Assembly: GCA_964565195.1 (NCBI GenBank)
Contig: CAZMCQ010000001.1
Coordinates: 61,153 to 125,152 of the forward strand
DNA length: 64,000 bases
Source: an uncultured Candidatus Saccharibacteria bacterium
GTDB lineage: Bacteria; Patescibacteriota; Doudnabacteria; UBA920; 2-01-FULL-46-14
Direction of reading: 5' to 3'
Shown piece after piece: positions 17,589 to 25,850 of this stretch (the stretch's first letter is position 1; each line of letters starts with the position of its first letter). Made by a program: the position numbers and the translations under genes. The notes beneath the pieces were generated by a model. It saw only the letters and a program-made list of their open reading frames with translations. It was not told the DNA's origin and ran no database searches.

Positions 17589-18629
17589 ATGAAGAAAATT
17601 AGATTGGCAATCTTAGGCTACGGCAATGTGCCAAATGCCGTTCTGCGTTACATGGAAGAGGGCGCGGCGCAGCAAGCGCTCAAGGCCGCTGACATTGAGT
17701 TCGTCATTACCGGCGTTACGACCGGCAGTCGCGGCAATGCGATTGACGAGTCTGGAATTTCCCTTCAAAAACTGGAAGCAGTGGGCAAGGAGGGCAAAAT
17801 CTCTGACTTGAACAAAGGGCCTGCCACGAAAGATAATCTGGAGTTTATTGCTCAAGTGCCGGCAGACATTCTGTTTGTGGCAACTCCCGCCAGCGTGCCG
17901 TCTCTGGAGGAGATCAAAGCAGCCATGAAGCGAAACATGAGTGTAGCGACCTCAAATAAAACTCCCGTGGCAAATCACTTCCGGGAGTTAACTAAGCTGG
18001 CTAAGGAATTTGGAGTTCAGTTTCGCTTCGGTGCGACGGTACTGGCTGGTTACCCGCCCTGGGGACAATACTTTGAATCCGTCACCCGTCCGGAGATTTC
18101 AGAATTGGAAATTGTGGTCAATGCTACATCCAATAACATCTTGACCATGATGCTGGAGCGAGGCTGGTCTTTTGAACAAGGAGTGGCAGAGGCCCAGCGT
18201 CTGGGAATCGCGGAACGCGACCCCTCGGATGACGTGGATGGCCACGATACCCAAAAGAAACTAGCGATCATCGCCAATGTCTTAATGGGTGCTGACTTGA
18301 CGCCAGATGATATTCCCACCAAAGGCATTCGCGACATCACCCTGGAGCAGCTCAAGAAAGCAGACCAGGAAGGCAAGTGGATTCAGCTCATGGGCCGCGC
18401 CTGGAAGGACGATTCTAGCCAGGTCAAAGCCGAGGTCAAGCCAGTTGAGGTTGGTAATCCGTTCTTCGTGGGAATACGACAAACTTCCATGGGGATCTAT
18501 TTCCAAACACCGGCCGCCGACTTCGGCATTAGACTTAATCTGAAAGAAGGCCAGCGCGCCATCATGGCCACGGCCGCCGGTGTCTTTGAAGACCTCTTGA
18601 CCATTGCCAGACGATTGCCAAACGCCTAA
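17589..18629 (+). CDS. hom: Homoserine dehydrogenase
   Basis: Motifs GYGNV, TSNKTP, GATVLAGYP, NATSNNIL and GIAERDPSDDVDGHDTQKK. Confidence 0.85.
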   Translation: MKKIRLAILGYGNVPNAVLRYMEEGAAQQALKAADIEFVITGVTTGSRGNAIDESGISLQKLEAVGKEGKISDLNKGPATKDNLEFIAQVPADILFVATPASVPSLEEIKAAMKRNMSVATSNKTPVANHFRELTKLAKEFGVQFRFGATVLAGYPPWGQYFESVTRPEISELEIVVNATSNNILTMMLERGWSFEQGVAEAQRLGIAERDPSDDVDGHDTQKKLAIIANVLMGADLTPDDIPTKGIRDITLEQLKKADQEGKWIQLMGRAWKDDSSQVKAEVKPVEVGNPFFVGIRQTSMGIYFQTPAADFGIRLNLKEGQRAIMATAAGVFEDLLTIARRLPNA

Positions 18630-18632
18630 ACA

Positions 18633-18670
18633 AAAAGAGCTAACCGAGAAAGTCTCCGGTTAGCTCTTTT
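18633..18670. terminator. Bidirectional terminator between hom and nnrE
   Basis: AAAAGAGCTAACCG...CGGTTAGCTCTTTT. Confidence 0.85.
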
Positions 18671-19259
18671 AAATTTCCAGTAAGCCTGGTTGAGTAAAAT
18701 CAGGGCGGCTACTATTCCTGATTTTATCGTACAAAAATTCCGGTATGCCGATGTCAGCCAAAAAAACGCGGCCGCTTTTCTTCCTTGCTTCTTTTTTTAA
18801 AAATGCCCGCTTGGGAAGCGCCAAAGTCAAAGTCGCAAAAGCCCTGATACAGGGAGCAAAATATTTACCGGTTGTGGCGTCAACGCCGGAAGGCAAATCG
18901 TAAGCAACCACTTTTTTACCGCAGTTATTTATCCATTCAATCGCTTCCCTAAATTTCCCGCGGGGAGCACCATTCAAATGATATCCTATCAGAGCATCAA
19001 TAATCACCCCGGCCTCTCGCGGCATCACTGAAACCCTATACCCATGATTAGTCAAGTGTCTGGCGGCTGACAAACCATCGCCTCCTTTGTTGCCCTTGCC
19101 GCAGACAACGACAATTTTCGTCTTTTTGGGAATTTTTAAAAGCTCAAACAGAGAAACCATATGCCAACCTGCCAATTCCATCATCTGTAAGACCGAAAGG
19201 CCGTTTTTCACGGCCAATTCATCAAGTCTTTCCATCTCCTTGGCAGTGGCAAAATACAT
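18669..19259 (-). CDS. nnrE: NAD(P)H-hydrate epimerase (YjeF_N)
   Basis: Motifs QMMELAG, CGKGNKGGDG, IIDALIG, DLPSG, TLTLALPK and LADIGIP. The mid-region looks shortened. Confidence 0.85.
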   Translation of the reverse strand: MYFATAKEMERLDELAVKNGLSVLQMMELAGWHMVSLFELLKIPKKTKIVVVCGKGNKGGDGLSAARHLTNHGYRVSVMPREAGVIIDALIGYHLNGAPRGKFREAIEWINNCGKKVVAYDLPSGVDATTGKYFAPCIRAFATLTLALPKRAFLKKEARKKSGRVFLADIGIPEFLYDKIRNSSRPDFTQPGLLEI

Positions 19260-19264
19260 CTGCT

Positions 19265-19372
19265 TTAGTTATTATTCAGTTTAAGTTCCTGCTCAATCAA
19301 ATTTTCAAAGACATAGAGCGGCTGGGCGCCGGGAATAAGCCTGCCGTTTAAGAAAAAAGCCGGCGTGCCATT
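19265..19372 (-). pseudogene. C-terminal remnant of a DsbA-family protein
   Basis: NGTPAFFLNGRLIPGAQPLYVFENLIEQEL...*. There is an in-frame stop a few codons upstream and no start codon. Confidence 0.75.
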
Positions 19373-19409
19373 ATAAAATCTAGATTATGAATGCGGCTTC
19401 TGACGGGAT

Positions 19410-20174
19410 TCATAAGTGCTCAAGTAAACTTTCATACTCTAGAAAATCAAAAAGCTGGTAAGCATACCCCAGCCAGGCCGCGAACTGGTTGGTGGCTAGC
19501 AGAATTCCCAGGAAAATAAGGAATATTCCGCCAATTATATTTAAGTACCGGCTAATCTTGCGAAGAAAATTGCCAACCGATCCGATTCCCGCGGCGATCA
19601 GCAAAAAGGGAATTGCCAGTCCGGCGGAAAATATGGCAAGCAAAACCGCTCCCTGCCCCACAGTTGTTGAGCTGGATGCCAGCAGCAGCACTGACCCAAG
19701 GACCGGACCGACACAAGGACTCCAGCCAAAAGCAAAGGCGCTGCCGAAAAGCAGCGAACTGACGGGTTTCCCGGGAGTCAGCCATTTACCAACTGACACC
19801 TGTTTTTCGGCTTGCAAAAAATTAAAGATCGGGAGTTTTAAAATTCCCAGCATATACAGGCCGAAAAATATTACAAAAAAGCCGCCGATTCTGGAAAGCC
19901 AGATTCGATATTGAGCAAGAGCCGCGCCGCCCAGACCAAACAGGCTTCCAAGCAGAATAAATACCAGACTAAAGCCGATGACATAAAACAGGCCATTGAG
20001 GAAAACCCTCCGCCTGGCCCGGGCATGGGTTTCCGGATTATTCAAATCCTGCGCAGAAACACCGCTGATGAAACTCAAATACCCGGGCACCAGCGGCAAA
20101 GTGCAGGGAGCCAGGAATGTGAGAATTCCGGCAATAAATGCCGGAATGGCGAGTGATAAAACTTCTAATTCCAT
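19410..20174 (-). CDS. ccdA: Cytochrome c biogenesis/thiol transport protein CcdA
   Basis: AGILTFLAPCTLPLVPGY and FAFGWSPCVGPVLG. Confidence 0.92.
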   Translation of the reverse strand: MELEVLSLAIPAFIAGILTFLAPCTLPLVPGYLSFISGVSAQDLNNPETHARARRRVFLNGLFYVIGFSLVFILLGSLFGLGGAALAQYRIWLSRIGGFFVIFFGLYMLGILKLPIFNFLQAEKQVSVGKWLTPGKPVSSLLFGSAFAFGWSPCVGPVLGSVLLLASSSTTVGQGAVLLAIFSAGLAIPFLLIAAGIGSVGNFLRKISRYLNIIGGIFLIFLGILLATNQFAAWLGYAYQLFDFLEYESLLEHL

Positions 20175-20177
20175 AAA

Positions 20178-20690
20178 TTAATTCGTAATCTTCTTAATTC
20201 TTTCCCTAATTTCATCTGCTTTCATTGGGCCTCTCTTGTGATCCCTAATATTGCCGTCTTTATCTACGAATATAGTCTCGGGCATGGAGAATCCGCCAAT
20301 GGAGGCATAAAAGGAATCATTCGGGTCAGACAAGAAAATCAAATCACTCGTCACGCTGATTTCGTCTGTAAAATTCTTTTGCACTGAAATTGGCTCAGCG
20401 CGGTCAATGGCTATGATCACCACCTCATCTCCAAATTCTTTTTGCACTGCGGCAAAATCTTTGAGTTCCTCGCGGCAGAAGGGGCACCACACAGCCCAGG
20501 AATTTATAACTCGCGGCTTGCCCGAGAAGTCAGCCAAACTCACTGTATTGCCATTAAAATCCCGCAGACTAAATTCCGGCGCTCTGCCTAAAACTTGTGA
20601 TTCAGACAATGATTCCTGGTTATTGTTCCTGACAATCAGGGCAATTAACCCAACTGCTGCAATAACTATAATTATAATAATTTTTTTCAT
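20178..20690 (-). CDS. TlpA-family thiol-disulfide oxidoreductase
   Basis: TM anchor, APEFSL, WAVWCPFCRE and MPETIFVDKDG. Start 20690 gives an ATGA overlap. Confidence 0.9.
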   Translation of the reverse strand: MKKIIIIIVIAAVGLIALIVRNNNQESLSESQVLGRAPEFSLRDFNGNTVSLADFSGKPRVINSWAVWCPFCREELKDFAAVQKEFGDEVVIIAIDRAEPISVQKNFTDEISVTSDLIFLSDPNDSFYASIGGFSMPETIFVDKDGNIRDHKRGPMKADEIRERIKKITN

Positions 20691-21649
20691 TGGAATAGTT
20701 CCGTCTCCGGATGTACGGCTGACCAGGAAAACCAAAACGCGGAAAACGGATTGATTCTCGCACCATCGGAAAACATGCGCACCACATCCAGCTCTTTGTC
20801 ATGTTCAAGAATGATTGTTCTGCCCTGAAATTCATCTTCCACTCGACCTTTCTGCTTCACGGCATCCACGTGATAAGCCTTGGCTTTCCCGTCAATAACA
20901 ATACCGAAGACAAACGCGTCTGGGTCCAACCGGTCGTCTCTGGAACCCGCTAGCGAGCGGGCAAAGCCTGCTGAAGAAAAATAATCGCCATAAGGATTCT
21001 GACCATAAAATCTCGCCGCCCCGGTGTCACGGGAAAGCACCTCGCCTTCCGGATATTTCTTTTTCCATTCGCCAAACCGCATCTGGTCTGAAGGAAGTAC
21101 CGCAAGTTTTGTCCCGGTCATCTCTCCCACAATCGCCTCGCCTAAAATCTGCGACCACAGGGAATCTGTTTTTCTGTCATACATAACCAAATTGGATTTG
21201 TACAACTTTCCAGAGGTTCCAAACTCCACTCTCTCGTCTTTGACCACTGGATCAAATACAAAACCCGTCAAACACAAAGGACAGTAGGTAACCAAAATGC
21301 GCTGCCCCGCGACAATATCATTGACAATCTCATGCCAGACCATAATTTGATAGGGATAAAATCTGTGCTTATTTCCCCTGGAAAATGCTATGCCCGGATC
21401 ACCGTCGGAAAGAAAATCGGCCTCCGCCACCGAAATGAACTTCGGCTGGTCAATTGAGGGAATGCCATCTTTAGGAGGTCCGCCGGATTTAATCTCCTCA
21501 AGCGGCACACTGCGCTTGCTATTTTCAGTAATCATAAGTGATTTTCCTCGAAAAAAGTCTTGCCAGACAAAATAGCCGCCGACCAGCAAAACGAAAATTA
21601 AAATTAAGCTCCTACCGGTTTTCCCAAATATGTCTTTTTTGATCGGCAT
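20687..21649 (-). CDS. DUF3179-domain protein
   Basis: Motifs GGPPKDGIPSIDQPKF, TYCPLC and FGTSGKLYKSNLVMYDRKTDSLWSQ. Confidence 0.85.
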   Translation of the reverse strand: MPIKKDIFGKTGRSLILIFVLLVGGYFVWQDFFRGKSLMITENSKRSVPLEEIKSGGPPKDGIPSIDQPKFISVAEADFLSDGDPGIAFSRGNKHRFYPYQIMVWHEIVNDIVAGQRILVTYCPLCLTGFVFDPVVKDERVEFGTSGKLYKSNLVMYDRKTDSLWSQILGEAIVGEMTGTKLAVLPSDQMRFGEWKKKYPEGEVLSRDTGAARFYGQNPYGDYFSSAGFARSLAGSRDDRLDPDAFVFGIVIDGKAKAYHVDAVKQKGRVEDEFQGRTIILEHDKELDVVRMFSDGARINPFSAFWFSWSAVHPETELFQ

Positions 21650-21658
21650 GCTGCGCGA

Positions 21659-23071
21659 TTAATTGCCATATTGTTTATCAGCCACGTTTTTAACGGTTTG
21701 CGAAAGCAATCGCTCGGTGACAAAGCTTACCGCCTCGGCCATAGTGGGAAAAGCATGGATCATGGTCGCGAGTTTCTGGACAGGGATTTCCGCAAAGATG
21801 GCCAGCGCCAGTTCATGAATCACTTCTCCAGCCTGGCTGCCGGCCATGTGCGCTCCGAGGAGTTGGCCAGATTTTTTATCAACGATAATTTTTATAAAAC
21901 CCCCGGTTTCGCGCACCGTCAAACCTCGGCCCATAACGCCGAGAGGATATGAAGCAGCCAGGTAATCCAAATTTTGCTGTTTAGCTTCCTGTTCAGTGAG
22001 TCCCACACTGCCGACTTCCGGATGGGTAAAGGTTGCCCGCGGTACCACGCGGTAGTCAGGTTTTTTCAATTCCCCCGGGTGAGTCAAATTCCAGCCGACA
22101 ATATCGCCCTCATAGGCCGCGACGTGCGTGAACAGAAATCGTCCGGCCGCATCCCCAGCCGCCCAGATATGCGGCTGGCTCGTCTGTAAATAATCGTTTA
22201 GCACCAGCCGGCCCCGCTCATCGAGTTTTACCCGGGCTTTTTCCAGATGCATGTTCGCCAAATCTGCGCGCCGGCCGGGCACTACCAAAATTTCATCAAC
22301 TGCCAATTTCTCTTGCCCGTTTTTTGTTTGGACTGTTAAAGTTTTTCCGGCGTTGTCTTTTTCAGCTTTAACCACTTCGCTATTAACCAAAATTTTTATT
22401 CCTTGCCGGTTAAAAGATTCGGTGATAGCTTTCTGGGTCTCCCAATCCTCGCGGTCCAAAATCACAGGCCCGCGCTGGATCAGGAATACGTCGGAATGAA
22501 GCCGGATGAACAGCTGTGCATATTCACAGCCAACCGGTCCAGCCCCGATAATAGCGATCCGCCTCGGTTGCTTATCAAGCATACTGGCCTCAATGCTGTT
22601 AATGAATCCGGCGGTCTCTAAACCGGAGATGGGGGGAATGAACGGATCAGAGCCAGAGGCAATCACAAATTGTTCGCCCGAATAATTTTCATCGTCAACC
22701 CGAAGCGTATGTTCGTCGATAAAACTGGCCTCTCCTTTGAGATATGCAACACCGGCGCGTTCCAAAGCGCGCTCCAGCCGCGGTGAGCCCGTGAGTTTTT
22801 GCACGATCATATCTTTTGACGCCATCATCATGGGCCAAGATGCCTTTGCTCCGGTCACGCTGATGCCAAAATCCCTGGCCTGCTCGGTCAAATGAAAAAT
22901 TTCCGCGGCGCGCAGTAATGCCTTGGACGGGAGACAGGCATAGTTTGGACACTCGCCACCGAGTTTGTGCTTTTCGGCCAAGGCCACGCTCAAACTTGCC
23001 TCCCGCGCTTTGTAGGCGGCGACAAAGCCAGCGCTGCCGCCGCCGATTACAATTAGGTCGTATCGTTTCAT
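21659..23071 (-). CDS. Class I pyridine nucleotide-disulfide oxidoreductase (MerA/LpdA-like, no C-terminal CC)
   Basis: Motifs GGGSAG, GGECPNYACLPSK, GAGPVG, WAAGD and HAFPTMAE. Confidence 0.88.
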   Translation of the reverse strand: MKRYDLIVIGGGSAGFVAAYKAREASLSVALAEKHKLGGECPNYACLPSKALLRAAEIFHLTEQARDFGISVTGAKASWPMMMASKDMIVQKLTGSPRLERALERAGVAYLKGEASFIDEHTLRVDDENYSGEQFVIASGSDPFIPPISGLETAGFINSIEASMLDKQPRRIAIIGAGPVGCEYAQLFIRLHSDVFLIQRGPVILDREDWETQKAITESFNRQGIKILVNSEVVKAEKDNAGKTLTVQTKNGQEKLAVDEILVVPGRRADLANMHLEKARVKLDERGRLVLNDYLQTSQPHIWAAGDAAGRFLFTHVAAYEGDIVGWNLTHPGELKKPDYRVVPRATFTHPEVGSVGLTEQEAKQQNLDYLAASYPLGVMGRGLTVRETGGFIKIIVDKKSGQLLGAHMAGSQAGEVIHELALAIFAEIPVQKLATMIHAFPTMAEAVSFVTERLLSQTVKNVADKQYGN

Positions 23072-23188
23072 TTATTTATTTTCCATTTCCATGGCTTGCT
23101 TATGTTTATCGTCACCCTTCTCCGCTTCTTCTTTGGTATGATCCATCACGTCATCGGCCTCTATGTTGCAAACTGGGCAGTGCGGCAT
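23072..23188 (-). CDS. 38-aa CxxC/His peptide (not in ORF track)
   Basis: MPHCPVCNIEADDVMDHTKEEAEKGDDKHKQAMEMENK; SD AAAGGGGGTG; its stop abuts the oxidoreductase ATG. Confidence 0.78.
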   Translation of the reverse strand: MPHCPVCNIEADDVMDHTKEEAEKGDDKHKQAMEMENK

Positions 23189-23233
23189 AGTCTTTCACCC
23201 CCTTTCGATGTAAATAAATAATGACAACTGGCA

Positions 23234-23254
23234 TTATCTGCAAAAAGGACACAT
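23234..23254 (-). CDS. 6-aa micro-ORF MCPFCR (not in ORF track)
   Basis: AGAAAGGAG-7nt-ATG TGT CCT TTT TGC AGA TAA. Confidence 0.5.
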   Translation of the reverse strand: MCPFCR

Positions 23255-23281
23255 ATTTTTGCTCCTTTCTCAAATTAAAAA

Positions 23282-23590
23282 TTATCCGCAGACGATTTTT
23301 TTGAGTTTTTTTGTAAAGTCGCTGTTTACCAGTGAATAGCAGATATTCTGCCCCATGCGCCTCGTTTCCACCAAGCCATTGTCCTTCAAAAGCTGCAAAT
23401 GGTGGGAAATGGCCGAGACAGTCATATTTAGGCTTTCGGCAATATCGCTCACACAGACATCCTCGTACTGATAAAGCGCGCACAGGATTCGTACGCGGGT
23501 CGGATCGCCGGCGAGCTCCAAAAGCCGGGCTTTTTCCTCCAAATTCTGGCTTAATTGAATTTTTCTTAAAGTTGGGCTTTTATAATTCAT
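23282..23590 (-). CDS. ArsR/SmtB-family metalloregulator
   Basis: GDPTRVRIL and DVCVSDIAESLNMTVSAISHHL; C-terminal VCG. Confidence 0.92.
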   Translation of the reverse strand: MNYKSPTLRKIQLSQNLEEKARLLELAGDPTRVRILCALYQYEDVCVSDIAESLNMTVSAISHHLQLLKDNGLVETRRMGQNICYSLVNSDFTKKLKKIVCG

Positions 23591-23596
23591 TACAAT

Positions 23597-23642
23597 ATTT
23601 GAACGAATACTTGAATTATAGCACCACCAAATTTCTTGTCAA
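23597..23642 (-). promoter_or_regulatory. ArsR operator and promoter
   Basis: TTGACA-N16-TATAAT. The imperfect palindrome ATTTGAACGAATACTTGAAT resembles the 15679 operator. Confidence 0.7.
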
Positions 23643-24934
23643 GGGCTCCGCATCCTCCCGAAGCCCACGGTGTCGCGCGCCCACTCGTCCGGAGTGCCGG
23701 AAAGAGCAGCGCGGCGGATCGCGAGATCACCGTACTTTTCATTGATTTTATCCATGGCGGCAACCAGCCAAACCGGCCGTTTAAATTGCTCAAATAAAGG
23801 CTCCTGCAGCGTCTCAAAAGAAAGACCAGAGACCGAGACCCCCATGATCTTGACTGGATTCCCGCCTGCGCGGGAATGACGACTTTGTTTAAATATCTTA
23901 TAGGCCGCCCGGTAAATCATCCGCCCGTCGTTTATGAATTCCCCGATCTTGCGCTGTTTACTGAAACCCACCCACCGCTTGTCCGAATGAAAATAGTGCA
24001 CGATATTCCCGCGGGCGCCCAAGGCGCGCATCCGCCGGCCGACCTTTTCGGAGAGCTTGAACATCAGTTTTTTTATATCCGCGGTATTGGCGAGAGCTTT
24101 GGGAACGGTATAGGCATGCCCTACGGATTTTGGCGGCGGTTCGGCCTCGCGCGGAATTACTTCTGAATTATCCTGCAAATTACCCAGTTCATGCAGCACC
24201 TGCCCCCAGATGCCAAACTGATTCAAAAGATTGGCCAATGGGTAGTTAGACAAATCTTTCAAACTAAAAATTCCAAGTTTGTTCAGCGCTATCTCCAGCC
24301 GCTTCCCTATTCCAGGGACATCAGTTAATTTCAATTCTTTATAGAGTAAATGAATATGCTCTGGCTTAATCACACAGATACGATCTAAAAGATGAATGTC
24401 ATCGCGAGGACGAAGTCCGTGGCGACCCCGCGGGATTGCTTCGTGTTCGCTCGCAATGACTCCTCCATCCAGATCCGCGGCGATTTTCGCAACTAATTTA
24501 TTCGGCCCGATGCCGATCGAGCAGGACAGCCACTCCCCGACCTCCTGCCGGAGGCGCTGTTTGATCTCAAGCGCGAGCAGCAGCGCCTCTTCAAAATTCC
24601 GACAAATCTCGCTCGCATCCAAAAAGGCCTCGTCAATGCTGTACTGTTCGACGAGGTCGGTGTAGTCATGGAGGATCTGCAAAAATCGCGCCGTGGTCGC
24701 GCGATATTTCTCCGGATTAGTCGGCAGCAGAACAATCCTGGGGTAAATTTTCCGCGCGTCCCAGGTGGTCGTGCCGAGGGCGATGCCGAGGCGCTTGGCT
24801 TCCACTGACGGGGCGATGATAATGCCGCCGAGGTGCTCGCAGACCCCGACTGGCCGGCCCCGCAATCTCGGGTCGGCTTGCTGCTCGACAGAAGCAAAAT
24901 AGCTGTTCATGTCTATATGAAAAATTATTCGCAT
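23639..24934 (-). CDS. dinB: Y-family DNA polymerase IV with two palindrome-derived in-frame segments
   Basis: Motifs HIDMNSYFASVEQ, YSIDEAFLD, SIGIGPNKLVAKIA and VPGIGKR. Confidence 0.93.
   Translation of the reverse strand: MRIIFHIDMNSYFASVEQQADPRLRGRPVGVCEHLGGIIIAPSVEAKRLGIALGTTTWDARKIYPRIVLLPTNPEKYRATTARFLQILHDYTDLVEQYSIDEAFLDASEICRNFEEALLLALEIKQRLRQEVGEWLSCSIGIGPNKLVAKIAADLDGGVIASEHEAIPRGRHGLRPRDDIHLLDRICVIKPEHIHLLYKELKLTDVPGIGKRLEIALNKLGIFSLKDLSNYPLANLLNQFGIWGQVLHELGNLQDNSEVIPREAEPPPKSVGHAYTVPKALANTADIKKLMFKLSEKVGRRMRALGARGNIVHYFHSDKRWVGFSKQRKIGEFINDGRMIYRAAYKIFKQSRHSRAGGNPVKIMGVSVSGLSFETLQEPLFEQFKRPVWLVAAMDKINEKYGDLAIRRAALSGTPDEWARDTVGFGRMRSP
23855..23880. repeat. dRS3/REP-like palindrome in-frame in dinB
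   Basis: Identical to 7797-7822 (reverse complement); encodes RHSRAGGNP. Confidence 0.85.
24398..24460. repeat. 63-bp GTCAT...ATGAC palindromic element in-frame in dinB
   Basis: GTCATCGCGAG...CTCGCAATGAC; exactly 21 codons (VIASEHEAIPRGRHGLRPRDD). Confidence 0.85.
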
Positions 24935-24951
24935 AGTTTATAATATGCCTT

Positions 24952-25668
24952 ATGGCCAAACCCGAATTCGTTTTATCCAATACCACCACCTTTTTCTCCG
25001 GCAACATTGAAGCGGTTTTTAAAAAAGCCAAAAAGTTCGGCTTTAAATTTCTGGAGCTCCTTCCCTATCGCTGGAATACTCCGGAACAGATCTATAATTT
25101 ATCCCGTGAATATGGCATTGAAATCGTCGGCATCCATATGCCGCCGGCTTGGGAAAAGGCAGAAAAAGGGTTTTTCAATAAAGTCTGGGATTTTTATTTA
25201 GGTCCCGCCAAAAGCAGTCCGGGGATCCACCTCGCCGAAACACTTATGGAAACCAAACAGAATCCCGTGCCCTATCTCTTATTCCATGCCGATCTCGTAG
25301 AGCAAGTTCCGCCCGAGGAACAGGCAAGACTAAAAAACAATTTTCGCCTGGCCATAGAAAATGTTTCAAGGCAACCCCTGAAACCGCCAATAATGATCTT
25401 TGATCCCAGCCACTACCTGCTTTCCCCGCATCGCCACCCGGAAAAAGACATCGCCGAAATTTATCGGCAGCTCGAACCAGAAGTGCTGCATGTCGGTTTT
25501 GATTATCCACCCCTGCTCCATGCTTTGCCAAAGCCCAGGGAACAACGGCTGCTCCTGCGGATGCTCAAGCTCTGGCAGCCCCGCTACATTGTCATCGAAA
25601 CCAACCCGGCCGTGAGCGTCAAAAAAGCCAAAACCTTGCTTGAAGATATCGTTGCCTCAACGGGCTAA
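24952..25668 (+). CDS. Xylose isomerase-like TIM-barrel protein (putative)
   Basis: Pattern GFKFLEL, GIHMP, IEN, FDPSH, LHV and VIE. Confidence 0.6.
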   Translation: MAKPEFVLSNTTTFFSGNIEAVFKKAKKFGFKFLELLPYRWNTPEQIYNLSREYGIEIVGIHMPPAWEKAEKGFFNKVWDFYLGPAKSSPGIHLAETLMETKQNPVPYLLFHADLVEQVPPEEQARLKNNFRLAIENVSRQPLKPPIMIFDPSHYLLSPHRHPEKDIAEIYRQLEPEVLHVGFDYPPLLHALPKPREQRLLLRMLKLWQPRYIVIETNPAVSVKKAKTLLEDIVASTG

Positions 25669-25839
25669 AACCACATGCCGAAGCTCGCTGTTCACGATGA
25701 TCGGAATCCCCTGAATGGACTCAATCTCGCTGATCAGTTCCTGGATCCGGCAGCTGTGCGCTGCCCCCTCCTGGCAGCGGCCACAGAGATGCATTAAGGT
25801 ACGGATCGCCTGGTATTTGGTTTTATCCAACTCTGACAC
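25657..25839 (-). CDS. 60-aa CxxC...HxC protein downstream of lexA
   Basis: GTG start with SD AGGAG overlapping the lexA stop; HLCGRCQEGAAHSC. Confidence 0.7.
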   Translation of the reverse strand: MSELDKTKYQAIRTLMHLCGRCQEGAAHSCRIQELISEIESIQGIPIIVNSELRHVVLAR

Positions 25840-25850
25840 AAAATGTGCTC

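Noticed and set aside
20178-23254. Selenocysteine or TGA recoding in redox genes
   Set aside because: All CxxC motifs use Cys codons, the micro-ORFs end in TAA, and TGA acts as an ordinary stop.
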